The position numbers were made by a program, and so were the translations under genes. 64,000 nt of DNA, from positions 288,001 to 352,000 of the forward strand of contig CAWJET010000001.1 in NCBI GenBank assembly GCA_963842085.1, given 5' to 3'. Positions 1 through 13,600 of this stretch are shown one piece after another. Every line of letters begins with the position of its first letter. Position 1 is the first letter of the stretch. The notes under the pieces are model-generated. The model was not told where the DNA came from, did no database searches, and saw nothing but the letters and a program-made list of their open reading frames with translations. This DNA comes from an uncultured delta proteobacterium (GTDB lineage Bacteria; Desulfobacterota; Binatia; Binatales; Binataceae).

Positions 1-2069
1 ACTTGCTCGTAGATCTTGGGGAGCTGGCGCGGTAGCGACGCGATGTCGTCGATGACCAGGTAGCGGGACGATTGGCACATCTGGCGCAGGTAGTCGTGGC
101 CGGTTTTGTCGACGGTGATACAGAACGGGAGGACGCCGGCCAGTTCGAGTTCCTTGAGCGCGACCATCGTGTCCTGGATGCCGTAGGCGTTGGAGCGGCG
201 GTCGTGGCCGTAGTCGAAATCCTGCGGGAAGCCGTCGCTGAGCAGAATCATGTGCTTGGCGCGCGACGACACGTCCTTGAATTTTTCGCGCACGTGGCGA
301 ATCGCGGCGCCCATCCGGGTTGAGCGCTTGGGCTCGACGGCGCCGATGCGGGCCTTCACCTCTTCGCTGAGTTCCTGGTCGAATTCCTTGATCACGTAGA
401 ACTCGACGTTGTCGCGGCCGTGGCCGGAGAAGCCCATGATCGCGTAGGAGTCGCCGATTTCCTCGAGCGCCTGCGCCATGATGACGAGTGCTTCCTTGTT
501 CACGTCGATGATGCGGCGCGGACGATTGGCGGTTTGCGGCCGGCGCTGCCATGCCTTCATCCAGTCGTCAGTGTCGTCATCGTCGGTATGCTTGCGCGGC
601 TCGCGATGGACAGGCTCGTCGGTTGAGGCCGACATGTCGAGCAGGAAGAGCGTGGCGACGTCGCGCGCCTCTTTTTTGCGCGCCTTGTACATGCGGCCGT
701 CGGGCGTCTCGCCCATCAGGCGCGCCACGCGAGCCTCGATGGTGCGGTCGAGGTCGATCTCCTCGCCGTCCTCGAGACCGCGCACCATCCGGTACGACGC
801 GGGGCGGATGCGCTGGAAGTTGCGGCGCACGCCGGGCAGCATCTCGGCGTAGCGGATGAGGGTGTTTTCGTAGAAATCGCCCTCGTCTCCGGTCAGCGGG
901 ATTTCGCGCAGGCGGCACCAGTTGCGGCGGTAGTCGTTCAGCACGTAATCCCATTCGTCGTAGGCGTAGTACGAGTCCTGGCGGCCGCGGCCGATCATCA
1001 GGCGTCCCTGGCCGGTGACGGAGCCGACTTCGCCAAGCTGCTCGCGCATCTGCTCGAGCTCGCTGAGCTGCTTGCCGGTCAGCTGGGTCAGGTACATGCC
1101 GTCGCCCTCGGCGCTGCCGTCGCCTTGCGAGGGTTTGATCTCGGCGCCCTGCTCGATGAGCTTGCGCAATTCCTCGGGTGAGAGCGCCCTGCCCTGTCCG
1201 CCCTTGGACTGCTTGCCGGAGACGTCCATCTGGACGTTCTGATCGGGCTCGCCGCCGCCGTCGCCCTGCTCGCCATCTTCGCCTTCGCCGGCGGTCTGCG
1301 ATTCCGCGCCCTTCATGCCCTTGATCAGGTCGTTGCGCATCCGCTCCGCTTCCTCTTCGGTGAGCGGATCGTCTTCGCCGCGCTCGCGCGCCTGTCGAAT
1401 CAGCTCCTGGAGCCAGTTATAGAGAGCGCTGACCTGGCGGACGCTGGTCATGACGTCGGCCCCGCGCTTGCGCACGGGAGCGAAGTGATGCGACGCCATC
1501 CGCACCAATGGAGAATCCAGCGCCTCGCCGGTCGCGTCGAGATCGAGCGCCGCGCGCACCAGCATCGTGCTGAGCGACTCGGGATGAAGCCGATCGAGGA
1601 GCGAGCGGTTGAGGCCCGCGATGCGCGGCGCGAGCCCGCGATAGCGCCGCGCCAGCTCAGCGTCGATGCGCGCGGACTCCGCCAGCCGCATCAGGGCGCC
1701 AGCCAGGCCCGGGTCGTCGAACGACGCAACGAAGCTGTCGATCGCCTCGACGCCAGTCTCGCCGCGCTCTTCGAAGCCCGCGATGTCCGCGAGCCTCAGC
1801 TTGAACGTGCCGAAGTCGTGGCGCGCCGCGAGATGCGCGGTGGTGACAAAATAATAGATGTAGGCGTCGCCGCGAGTGCCGAACGGTTCGAGCCGCTCGG
1901 GCAGGTAGATCATCTCGCCCGGCAGGAGCGGATAGTGAAACGGGAGCATCGGGCCGCTGTTGGCGAGCGAGTCGATGCGGAACTCAAGCGGAAACAGCAT
2001 CCGCATGAACTTGGTCAGGACACCCTTGATTTCGAAGAGGTCCTGCGCTTTTTCGGCAACTTCGGGCAT
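1..2069 (-). CDS. NorD/CbbO-like VWA-domain protein (MoxR AAA+ adaptor), 3' end just outside window
   Basis: Not in ORF track (no stop in window). Read manually from ATG 2069: MPEVAEKAQDLFEIKG...; C-terminal VWA with MIDAS FLLDMSAST, TRMGAAIRH, LSDGFPQD; ends ...LPKIYEQV at window edge in the same frame. Confidence 0.8.
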   Translation of the reverse strand, partial: MPEVAEKAQDLFEIKGVLTKFMRMLFPLEFRIDSLANSGPMLPFHYPLLPGEMIYLPERLEPFGTRGDAYIYYFVTTAHLAARHDFGTFKLRLADIAGFEERGETGVEAIDSFVASFDDPGLAGALMRLAESARIDAELARRYRGLAPRIAGLNRSLLDRLHPESLSTMLVRAALDLDATGEALDSPLVRMASHHFAPVRKRGADVMTSVRQVSALYNWLQELIRQARERGEDDPLTEEEAERMRNDLIKGMKGAESQTAGEGEDGEQGDGGGEPDQNVQMDVSGKQSKGGQGRALSPEELRKLIEQGAEIKPSQGDGSAEGDGMYLTQLTGKQLSELEQMREQLGEVGSVTGQGRLMIGRGRQDSYYAYDEWDYVLNDYRRNWCRLREIPLTGDEGDFYENTLIRYAEMLPGVRRNFQRIRPASYRMVRGLEDGEEIDLDRTIEARVARLMGETPDGRMYKARKKEARDVATLFLLDMSASTDEPVHREPRKHTDDDDTDDWMKAWQRRPQTANRPRRIIDVNKEALVIMAQALEEIGDSYAIMGFSGHGRDNVEFYVIKEFDQELSEEVKARIGAVEPKRSTRMGAAIRHVREKFKDVSSRAKHMILLSDGFPQDFDYGHDRRSNAYGIQDTMVALKELELAGVLPFCITVDKTGHDYLRQMCQSSRYLVIDDIASLPRQLPKIYEQ

Positions 2070-2213
2070 GGCAGTAGTAATAATCTAATCATTGTTACAA
2101 AGAGCGAGACACCGATGCAATTTGAAGCCGGTCGCGCCGCAACGCGATGCGGCGGCTTCGACTTTTGATTCCTTGACTTGCCAGTAAGCGGCGGACTTAG
2201 ATGATCGGAAGCT

Positions 2214-3596
2214 ATGCGCATCACAATCTTTGGCAATCATCGTCGTCTCGCTCCGATGGCGGCGCTCGGTACCCTTCTATGCCTCGCTTCAGCGCCCGCG
2301 CGCGCGGGAATCGCGGACGCGGTCAAAGCCCAGACGCTGCCCAACGGGCTCAAAGTGCTGGTGCTGGAAAATCACAAGGCGCCGCTGGCGACGTTCAACG
2401 TCTTCTACCGCGTCGGCTCGCGCAACGAGCAGATGGGCAAGACCGGGCTGTCGCATTTGTGCGAGCATCTGATGTTCAAGGGCACCAAAAAGCTCGGCCC
2501 CGAAGAGTTCTCGCAAATCATCCAGCAAAACGGCGGGGAGGATAACGCGTTCACGGAAGAGGACTTCACGGATTATTTCGAGACGATCAACAAGGACCAT
2601 CTCGACGTGCCGATCACGCTTGAAGCCGACCGGATGGCCAACTTCGAGCCCAAGGAGTTCGACAAGGAGAAGCACGTCGTGCTCGAGGAGCGGAGGCTGC
2701 GGACCGACGACAATCCGGAAGACGCGCTCGACGAGATGGTGCACGCGCAAGCCTACGTGGCGCATCCGTACCACTGGCCGGTGATCGGATGGTTCCACGA
2801 CGTCAACGGGCTGACGCTGGCGGACGCGATGGCGTATCACAAGATTTACTACTCGCCGCAAAACGCGCTGATCGTGGCCGTCGGCGACTTCAACGCCGAG
2901 CAGGTGCTCAAGCAGATCAGCGAGGCGTTTGCGGGGATCAAGAACGGTCCCAAGCCGCCGCCGGTGACGGAAGTGGAGCCGCCACAGGAAGGAACGCGGC
3001 GGGTCGAGCTGCAGCATGCGGCCAATCTGCCGGCGTTCGAAGAGGCGTATCACGTACCGAACTATTCAAGTCCCGACAGTTTCGCGCTGGAAGTGGCGTC
3101 CGAGTTACTGAGCGACGGGCAAAGCTCGCGGCTGTACAAGAAGCTGGTGATCGAGAAGCAGATGGTGGTCGATATCGGCGCCGGCTACGACATGACGTCG
3201 TTCGATCCGGGACTGTTCGTCGTGTCGGCGCAGATGCGTCCCGGCGTTACGGCGGCGAACACCCAGGCCGAAGTCGAAAAGGAGCTTGCCGCGCTGCGCG
3301 ATACACCGGTTGGCGCGGAGGAATTGCAGAAAGCCAAGAATCTCGAACAGGCGGAATTCGTGTTCGGGCAGGACTCGGTCATGCGCGAGGCCGAGATGCT
3401 GGGCGTGTACCAAATGCTCGGCGACTACCACCTGGTCGATAAATATCTCGACGGAATCGACCAGGTGACCGCGGCCGACGTGCAGCGCGTAGCGAAAACT
3501 TACCTGGTCGCATCCAACATGACCGAAGGCGTGCTGGTGCCGACCGGCCTTCTGCCCCATGGGGGCGGTGGACTGAGCGGCGGAGAATTGCGATGA
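2214..3596 (+). CDS. M16 family zinc protease, catalytic subunit, exported
   Basis: Signal peptide; inverted zincin HLCEH (HxxEH), NAFT motif, EERRLR. Confidence 0.92.
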   Translation: MRITIFGNHRRLAPMAALGTLLCLASAPARAGIADAVKAQTLPNGLKVLVLENHKAPLATFNVFYRVGSRNEQMGKTGLSHLCEHLMFKGTKKLGPEEFSQIIQQNGGEDNAFTEEDFTDYFETINKDHLDVPITLEADRMANFEPKEFDKEKHVVLEERRLRTDDNPEDALDEMVHAQAYVAHPYHWPVIGWFHDVNGLTLADAMAYHKIYYSPQNALIVAVGDFNAEQVLKQISEAFAGIKNGPKPPPVTEVEPPQEGTRRVELQHAANLPAFEEAYHVPNYSSPDSFALEVASELLSDGQSSRLYKKLVIEKQMVVDIGAGYDMTSFDPGLFVVSAQMRPGVTAANTQAEVEKELAALRDTPVGAEELQKAKNLEQAEFVFGQDSVMREAEMLGVYQMLGDYHLVDKYLDGIDQVTAADVQRVAKTYLVASNMTEGVLVPTGLLPHGGGGLSGGELR

Positions 3597-4975
3597 GGGT
3601 CGCGGCAAAGCGGATGAAGATGTTCGCGAACGCCGCGGCAATAGCGGCGGTGGTCTTCGCGGCCACGCCCTCGCATGCGCTCGACATCAAGAAGCTGACG
3701 CTCAGCAGCGGCGCGACGCTGCTCGTCTCGGAAGAGCATCAACTGCCGATGGTGACGGTGATGATCGAGTTCGACGCGGGCACGCGGCGCGATCCCAAGG
3801 GCAAGGAAGGGTTGGCCAAGCTGACGGCGCGATGCCTCTCGCAGGGCACCAAGGAACTCACGGCGCCGGAGTTCAACCAGAAAGTCGATTTCATGGGCAG
3901 CACGGTCGAGGTGTCGGCCGGCCGCGACTATGCAAGCGCCGGGATGACGTCGCTGAAGAAGTACCAGGGCGACACGCTCAGGCTGCTGGCGGGAATCCTG
4001 ACGGAGCCGGGACTGCGCGACGCCGATATCGAACGCAAACGCGCCGAGCAGGTCGCGGAAATCAAGGCGGCCGAAGAACAGCCGGGCTATACCGCGGACG
4101 TGGAATTCACCAAGGACCTGTTCGGCGACACTCCGTACGGGCATCCGGGCGCGGGCTCGTCCGAGTCGGTCGCCAAGCTCACGGTTGACGACGTGCGCGG
4201 CTTCTACCGCGACCACTACAAGCTGGGCGGCGCGATTATCGCGGTGGCCGGCGATGTGACCGCCGACGAAGTTAAAGCATCACTTGAAAAAGAGCTGGCG
4301 GGACTTGCGGGCTCAGTCGCGCCCCAGGCCGAGCCGCCGCCGATCGCGGTGGCGCCGGGCCTGCATGTGAAACTGATCGACCGCAACGTCGAGCAAGCCA
4401 ATATCGTCCTGGGCTTCGGCGGCGTGGCGCGTTCGAATCCCGATTTTTACCGACTCAAGGTGATGAATTACATCCTGGGCGGCGGTGGATTTGCCTCGCG
4501 CCTGGTGAAGGTGGTTCGCAGCGAGCACGGGCTGGCTTATTCGGTTGCCAGCAGCTTCGAGTCGGGCAAGTTCCAGGGCGCGTTCAGCATCGGCCTGCAA
4601 ACGAAAAACCAGAGTTCGAACGAGGCGATCGATCTAATCCTGCAGCAGCTTCGCGAGATCCAGGAAAAGCCGGTCAGCGACGCGGAACTGGACGGCGCGA
4701 AAAAGTTTCTTATCGGCAGCTTCCCGCTTGGGATCGAGCGGCAGAGCGCGATCGCGTCCTTCATGGTGCAGGTCGAGTTTTACGGCCTTGGGCTCGACTA
4801 TGCGGAGCAGTATCCCAAACTGATCGGAGCGGTCACCAGGGATGAGGTGTTGGCGGTTGCGAAAAAATACCTGCATCCCGATTCGATGATCGTCGTCGCA
4901 GTGGCAAATCAGAGCGAAGCGAAAATCAAGAGCTCGCAGATGGAGAAGGCAGCCGACGGCGCCGGCGCGCAATAG
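3593..4975 (+). CDS. M16 family peptidase, non-catalytic subunit
   Basis: ATGA overlap with upstream M16 gene; lacks HxxEH; GGGGFASRL and VRSEHGLAY motifs. Confidence 0.9.
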   Translation: MRVAAKRMKMFANAAAIAAVVFAATPSHALDIKKLTLSSGATLLVSEEHQLPMVTVMIEFDAGTRRDPKGKEGLAKLTARCLSQGTKELTAPEFNQKVDFMGSTVEVSAGRDYASAGMTSLKKYQGDTLRLLAGILTEPGLRDADIERKRAEQVAEIKAAEEQPGYTADVEFTKDLFGDTPYGHPGAGSSESVAKLTVDDVRGFYRDHYKLGGAIIAVAGDVTADEVKASLEKELAGLAGSVAPQAEPPPIAVAPGLHVKLIDRNVEQANIVLGFGGVARSNPDFYRLKVMNYILGGGGFASRLVKVVRSEHGLAYSVASSFESGKFQGAFSIGLQTKNQSSNEAIDLILQQLREIQEKPVSDAELDGAKKFLIGSFPLGIERQSAIASFMVQVEFYGLGLDYAEQYPKLIGAVTRDEVLAVAKKYLHPDSMIVVAVANQSEAKIKSSQMEKAADGAGAQ

Positions 4976-4985
4976 GGCCTCGTCG

Positions 4986-5513
4986 ATCTTCACGATCGGA
5001 CACTCGACGCATCCGATCGAGCGTTTCCTAGAATTGCTCGGTGAGCATCGCATCGCGGTCGTCGCCGACGTGCGCTCGTTCCCCGGCTCGAAGCGATGGC
5101 CGCAATTCAACCGGGCGGAACTTTTCGGTTCGCTCGAGCGCGCGGGAATCGAGTATCGATGGATCAAGCAGCTCGGCGGCAGGCGTCATTCGAAGCGCGA
5201 CGACTCGCCGCACACGGCGTGGGAGCATCCCGCGTTTCGATCGTACGCGGACTACATGGAAAGTGCGGATTTCGAAGAGGGCTTGCGCGCATTGACCGAT
5301 GCGGCCGCGGCCGCGCGGACCGCATACATGTGTTCGGAAGGATTGTGGTGGCGATGCCATCGGCGAATCATCTCGGACAATCTGGTGATTCGCGATTGGA
5401 CGGTCGAGCACATCATGCCAACCGGGAAATTGTCGCCGCACGTGCTCGCGCCGTTCGCGCGCGTCGTGGACGGGCGGATCATCTACGACGGTGCGGTCGC
5501 GACGGAATCGTGA
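4986..5513 (+). CDS. DUF488 family protein (start uncertain)
   Basis: IFTIGHS in frame upstream of track start TTG 5034; DVRSFPGS, LGGRR, MCSE..WWRCHRRII motifs. Confidence 0.85.
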   Translation: MFTIGHSTHPIERFLELLGEHRIAVVADVRSFPGSKRWPQFNRAELFGSLERAGIEYRWIKQLGGRRHSKRDDSPHTAWEHPAFRSYADYMESADFEEGLRALTDAAAAARTAYMCSEGLWWRCHRRIISDNLVIRDWTVEHIMPTGKLSPHVLAPFARVVDGRIIYDGAVATES

Positions 5514-5522
5514 AGGTGCAAA

Positions 5523-8357
<2,835 letters not shown>

Positions 8358-8363
8358 GGTTGT

Positions 8364-9416
8364 TTACGCCGCTGCCCGCCGCCCGGTCTTTTCGCGACCC
8401 GCTGCGGCCCGCCAGGCATATTCGATCGCGGCAATCATGCTCGACGGATTGGCAATTCCCTTGCCCGCGATGTCGAACGCCGTTCCGTGATCGGGCGAGG
8501 TGCGGACGAACGGCAATCCCAGCGTGACGTTCACCGCGCGATCAAACTCCAGCGTCTTGAGCGCAATCAAGCCCTGATCGTGATACATCGCAACCGCCCC
8601 GTCGAAAGCAAACGAACCCGCCTTGCGGATGAACGCCGTGTCGGGCGACAGCGGACCGTAGGCGTCGATGCCGTCGCGATTGGCGCGCCGAATCGCCGGC
8701 GCAATCACGCGGATTTCCTCGTCACCAAACATCCCGCCTTCACCCGCGTGAGGATTCAGCCCGAGCACCGCGATTCGCGGCCGCGCGACGCCAAGCGCGC
8801 CACGCAGGTGCGCGGCGAGCAGGCGAATAGTATCCAGCACGTTGCGCTGCGTCAGCGCTGACGCCACTTTTGCAAATCCTATATGCGCAGTCACCAGCGC
8901 GACCGTCAGCTCGCCGCCCGCGAACATCATGCGCCACAGCCGGGTTCGCGCAAGATGAGCCAGCAGTTCCGAATGCCCGGGGTAATGATGCCCCGCGCGA
9001 TTCATCCAATCCTTGCTGATCGGCGCGGTCACGAGCGCGTCAACCTCGCCGCTCATCGCCATCCGCGCTGCAGTCACGATGTAGTCATACGCGGCGCCGC
9101 CGCCCTCGATCGTGGGATGCCCCGGGCGAATCGCGCGCGCCGACAAGCTCGATATGGAGAATACGCCGAGTCCTTTTGTGAGACGAATCGGCGGCTGACC
9201 GGGACGCCACTGGCAGGGAGCGGGCACGCCGTTTAAGCGGGCGGCGGCCGCGCCCATCGCGGACCAGTCGCCGACTACGGCGAGCGACGGCGCGCCGCGC
9301 CGGTTTGCGAGCGCCGCTGCCGCTTTCAGAATCACCTCGGGCCCGACGCCCGCCGGATCGCCCATGCTCACAGCCAACAGCGGCGGGGTCTTTCGTCTGA
9401 GCACCGTAGTTGTCAT
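8364..9416 (-). CDS. pdxA: 4-hydroxythreonine-4-phosphate dehydrogenase
   Basis: [39 protein letters not shown]; follows surA. Confidence 0.96.
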   Translation of the reverse strand: MTTTVLRRKTPPLLAVSMGDPAGVGPEVILKAAAALANRRGAPSLAVVGDWSAMGAAAARLNGVPAPCQWRPGQPPIRLTKGLGVFSISSLSARAIRPGHPTIEGGGAAYDYIVTAARMAMSGEVDALVTAPISKDWMNRAGHHYPGHSELLAHLARTRLWRMMFAGGELTVALVTAHIGFAKVASALTQRNVLDTIRLLAAHLRGALGVARPRIAVLGLNPHAGEGGMFGDEEIRVIAPAIRRANRDGIDAYGPLSPDTAFIRKAGSFAFDGAVAMYHDQGLIALKTLEFDRAVNVTLGLPFVRTSPDHGTAFDIAGKGIANPSSMIAAIEYAWRAAAGREKTGRRAAA

Positions 9417-10658
9417 CTAGAACATGGTCTCGACGTAATGCTGCTTGACCAGATCGGAATCCACCCACTTCTCGAGTTGCTCGCCGGATTTTTGATCGAC
9501 GAGCTGTTCGCGAATCTGCGCCTTGACGTCGTTGAGCGGCCGGACCCCCGGCACTTCGTGGTCTTCGAGCTTGACGATATGAATGCCGTGTCTGGTGCGA
9601 ACCGGCGCGGAGATTTCCCCGGGCTTCAGTGGCCTGACGGCGGCCAAGATCTGGTCCATGATGTCGGCGGGTGCGAACCATCCGAGTTCGCCGCCGTTGG
9701 ACTTGGAATCGTCGTCCGAATACAGGCGCGCGAGGTCGCCGAAGTCGTCGCCCTTGAGCGCCCGCGCACGAATCATCGCGGCTTTCTTCTGCGCGGCGGA
9801 TACTTGCGCAGCAGTCGGGTTGGGCGGCAGCGCGATCAGGATCTGCGCGAGCTTGAGACGCTCCTTGGTAATCGTAAAGTCTTCCTGGTGGGCCTCGTAG
9901 TAGGCCTTGATGTCGGCGTCGGTTACGTTGATTTTGGCGCGGACTTCCTGCTCGATCATCATCGCTTTCTCGAGGTCCATCCGCGCCCGCTTGCGCAATT
10001 CATCGTAGCTCATCCCGCTGGCCTGCAGTTGCGCGCGGAACTCAGCGTCGCTCATGTGCTTGGATTCGCGCAATTGGGTTATGTACTTGTCGACCTGCGC
10101 GTCATCGACCTTGTCATCGTACTTCTTCACTTCCTGTTCGAGCAATTTCTCGCCGATCAACGCTTTCACTGCGGTCTTGGCAGTGTCCGAAGAGGCGAAA
10201 TCGTTGGTCTCGATCGGTTCGCCGTGCTGGGCGGCGAAGTCTTTGACCTCGCGCATCGTGATCGGATCGCCGTCAACGCTGGCGACGACACGATCCACCG
10301 CCGGCACACTCGCTTCCGCCTCCTCGTCCGCGGTCTCAGGCTGCACGACAGGAGACGGCGGCGGCGGTTCGTCCGTTTTCGCCGCGGCGGCAGCGTTCGG
10401 TTCGGGAGGGGCCTCCTTCGGCATCGGCGAAGGGTTGGCCGCTCCCTCCGAGTCCCGGGGCACCGTCGGCGCCTGCGGCTCGGTCGTGGCGGAAGTGGCT
10501 GCCTCCTTCATCAGCTTGTAAGAGAACGAATCTGGTTTGAGGAAATCGATCGAGCAGCCCGAAAACTCGCCCGCGAGGACAATTCCCAGCGATGCCGCCA
10601 ACGCCGCGGCGGCGGCGCGTCGCGCACCGGCTCGCGGGAACGATCTTCTCTTATGCAT
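9417..10658 (-). CDS. surA: SurA-like parvulin peptidyl-prolyl isomerase (probable lipoprotein)
   Basis: VDRVVASVDGDPIT N-domain; FGDLARLYSDD, GGELGW, GIHIVKL parvulin motifs; FSGC lipobox-like; mfd-surA-pdxA synteny; start at ATG 10658 is my choice. Confidence 0.85.
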   Translation of the reverse strand: MHKRRSFPRAGARRAAAAALAASLGIVLAGEFSGCSIDFLKPDSFSYKLMKEAATSATTEPQAPTVPRDSEGAANPSPMPKEAPPEPNAAAAAKTDEPPPPSPVVQPETADEEAEASVPAVDRVVASVDGDPITMREVKDFAAQHGEPIETNDFASSDTAKTAVKALIGEKLLEQEVKKYDDKVDDAQVDKYITQLRESKHMSDAEFRAQLQASGMSYDELRKRARMDLEKAMMIEQEVRAKINVTDADIKAYYEAHQEDFTITKERLKLAQILIALPPNPTAAQVSAAQKKAAMIRARALKGDDFGDLARLYSDDDSKSNGGELGWFAPADIMDQILAAVRPLKPGEISAPVRTRHGIHIVKLEDHEVPGVRPLNDVKAQIREQLVDQKSGEQLEKWVDSDLVKQHYVETMF

Positions 10659-10662
10659 CAGT

Positions 10663-13600
10663 CTAGTTGACGGCCGGCCCGACTTTCGCGGCCGGCCAGT
10701 TTTCCAACTTTTCACAGCCCGCAAGGGCCTGCAAGACGCCGTCGAGTTGCGCGAATATTTGTTCGTATTCTCCGGGTTCGATTCGCGCGATCACCTGGTA
10801 CGCCGGCGTGAGCCGCATCGTGCGGCGATTCTGATCGGCGAGCTTCACGAGCAGCGCGGTATCCACCGGCGCATCGGGATGAAACCTGATTTCGAGCTGC
10901 GAGCCCTTGAGGATCGCGCTCATGATCATCAACTGCTTCATCTGGCGCCGCACGTTCATCGCAGCGATCAGATTTTCGATCAGCGTCGGCACCGGACCGA
11001 AGCGATCGCGCATCTCATCGCGCATCTCGCCGAGATTCTCCTCGCTCTGCGCGCGCGCGAGCCGGCGATAGAGCACCAGCCGCTCGTTCTCGTCGGAGAC
11101 GTAAGCCTCGGGGATGTACGCGGGCACCGCGATTCTTAGTTCGGGCTCGAAGTCCGGCCGCTGCGGCTGGCCGCGCAGCTCGGCGATCGCCTCTTCCATC
11201 ATCTCGGTGTAAAGCTCGAAGCCGACCACCGCGATCTCTCCGTGCTGCTCGTGGCCGAGCAGGTTGCCGGCGCCGCGATGCTCGAGGTCGGCCATCGCCA
11301 GCTTGAAGCCGCCGCCGCTCTCGGACTCGACCAGCTCGCGCAGCGCGTCGATGCGCCGCTTGGCGTCGCGCGTGATGATGTGCTCGCCGGGAATCAGCAG
11401 GTAGGCGTACGCCCTTTGGCGCGAACGGCCGACGCGGCCGCGCAACTGGTACAGCTGCGCCAGGCCGAAGTGATCGGCGCGATTGACGATCATCGTGTTG
11501 GCGTTGGGAATGTCGAGGCCCGATTCGATGATCGCGCTGCAGACCAGCACGTTGACCCGCTTCTCGATAAAGTCGCGCATCACGTCCTCGAGCCGGCGCT
11601 CCTTCATCTGGCCGTGGGCGATCGCAATCTTGGCCTCGGGCACCAGCGAACGCAGATGACTGGCCATGTAGTCGATATTCTCGACGCGGTTGTGCACGAA
11701 GAACACCTGGCCGCCGCGGTTCAGCTCGCGCAGGATCGAGTCGCGGATGGTGGCGTCGTCGAAGTGCGCGACGAAAGTGCGAATCGCCTGGCGGTCCGGC
11801 GGCGGGGTCTGAATCACGGACAGGTCGCGGATGCCGAGCATCGCCATGTGCAGCGTGCGCGGAATCGGCGTCGCCGTCATCGTCAAGACCGGCACCAGCT
11901 TCTTGAGCTTCTTGATTCGCTCCTTGTCGACCACGCCGAACCGGTGCTCCTCGTCGATCACCAGCAGGCCCAGCCGCGGGAACTGCACGTCGCTCGAGAG
12001 CAGCCGATGGGTCCCGACGATGACGTCGACCTTGCCGCGGCCGGCCTCCTCGATCACTTCGCGATTTTCCTTGTGGCTGCGAAACCGCGAGACCATCTCG
12101 ACGCGCACCGGGTAGTCCTTGAAGCGCTCGCGAAACGTATTCCAATGCTGCTCGGCGAGGATCGTCGTCGGCACCAGCACCGCGACTTGCCGGCCGTCCA
12201 TCACCGCGATGAACGCGGCGCGCAGCGCGACTTCAGTCTTGCCGAAGCCGGCGTCGCCGCAGATCAGGCGATCCATCGGCTTGGCGCGCGTCAGATCGCG
12301 GATAACGTCGTCGATCGCCGATTGCTGGTCGGGGGTCTCCTCGAACTCGAAGCGCGACGCGAACTCCTCGTAATCCACGCCGGGAGCCGGATAGGCATGC
12401 CCCTCCATCACCTCGCGCGCCGCGTACACCTCGAGCAACTCGGCTGCCATCGCGAGCACCGCCTGCCGCGTGCGGCGCTTGACCTTCTCCCACGAGCCGC
12501 TGCCCAGCTTGTCGAGCTTCGGCTCCGCGTCGTCGCCGCCGATGTAGCGCTGAACGAGATTTATCCGCTCGACCGGCACGTACATGGTGTCGCTGGCGGC
12601 GTATTCGAGATTGAGAAAGTCGCCCTCGACGTCGGCGACCTTCAGGTGCCGCAGGCCGCGGTATTTCGCGATGCCGTGATCGATATGCACGACGAAATCG
12701 TCGGGCTTCAGTTGTTCCAGGTTGAGCAGCGCGCCCTTCGCGCTCGGACGCCTGCGCCGGCGCGCACGCGGCTCGCCGAAAATTTCCTCTTCGCTGTATA
12801 TGTAGAGACCGTCCTCCTGCAAAACGACGCCGGCCGAAATTTCCCCTTCCATTATCGCAGGCCGGTAGTCGGGCCATTCCAGAAGCGCCGAGAAACTTTT
12901 GCATTCGACGTTGACCTCGAGGTCCCACGCCTCCAGATGACGGCGCAGCCGCGCCACCTGGTGCGGCCCCTCGACGACCATCAGCGAACGTCCCTGCCCG
13001 CGCTGGACTTCGCGCAGTTCGGTCGCCAGCGGCTCGAAGCTCGGCGGCGTCCGCACCGCGCTCAGTTGGTTCGCGCCCAGCCGCAAACTGTTTTGCGACT
13101 TGACCTCGACCGGCACCGCCCATCCCTCACGCGGCGCGGCCATCGTCACCAGCGAGCCGACCTCGGCGGCGGTGAAGTTTCCGAGCGCACGCTCGAACGC
13201 CTGCGCCCCGACGAACAGCGAATCCGGCGCAGGATGAAACGCAGGCTTATGCGCCGCCGCGGCGGTCTCATTATTTACGGTATCGGCGAAGCGGCCGGCC
13301 TCGGCGAGGATGCGCCCCGGATCGACCAGCCACAGCAGCGCGTCCGCCGGCATGTAATCGAACACGCTGTCGAGCGCGCGCCCGTAGGCATACGGCATCA
13401 GCAGTTCCGCGCCCGGAAACAACAGCCCGTTCTGGAGCGCCTCGGCCAGCTCTGCTGCCTCTTTGCGCACCATGCCGATTTCCGCGGCCCGCAGCGCGAC
13501 CCGCTCGCGCAGTTTGGGGTCCTTCAGCGCAGACGGCGGCACGTAGCGAGTGCGCGTGATCGTCGCCTCGGCGAGTTCGGCGCCCGAGCGCTGGCTGTCC

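Noticed and set aside
2122-2167. GC hairpin GAAGCCG...CGGCTTC followed by CTTTT between divergent genes
   Set aside because: No upstream co-oriented gene, uORF or recognisable riboswitch motif; cannot be assigned.
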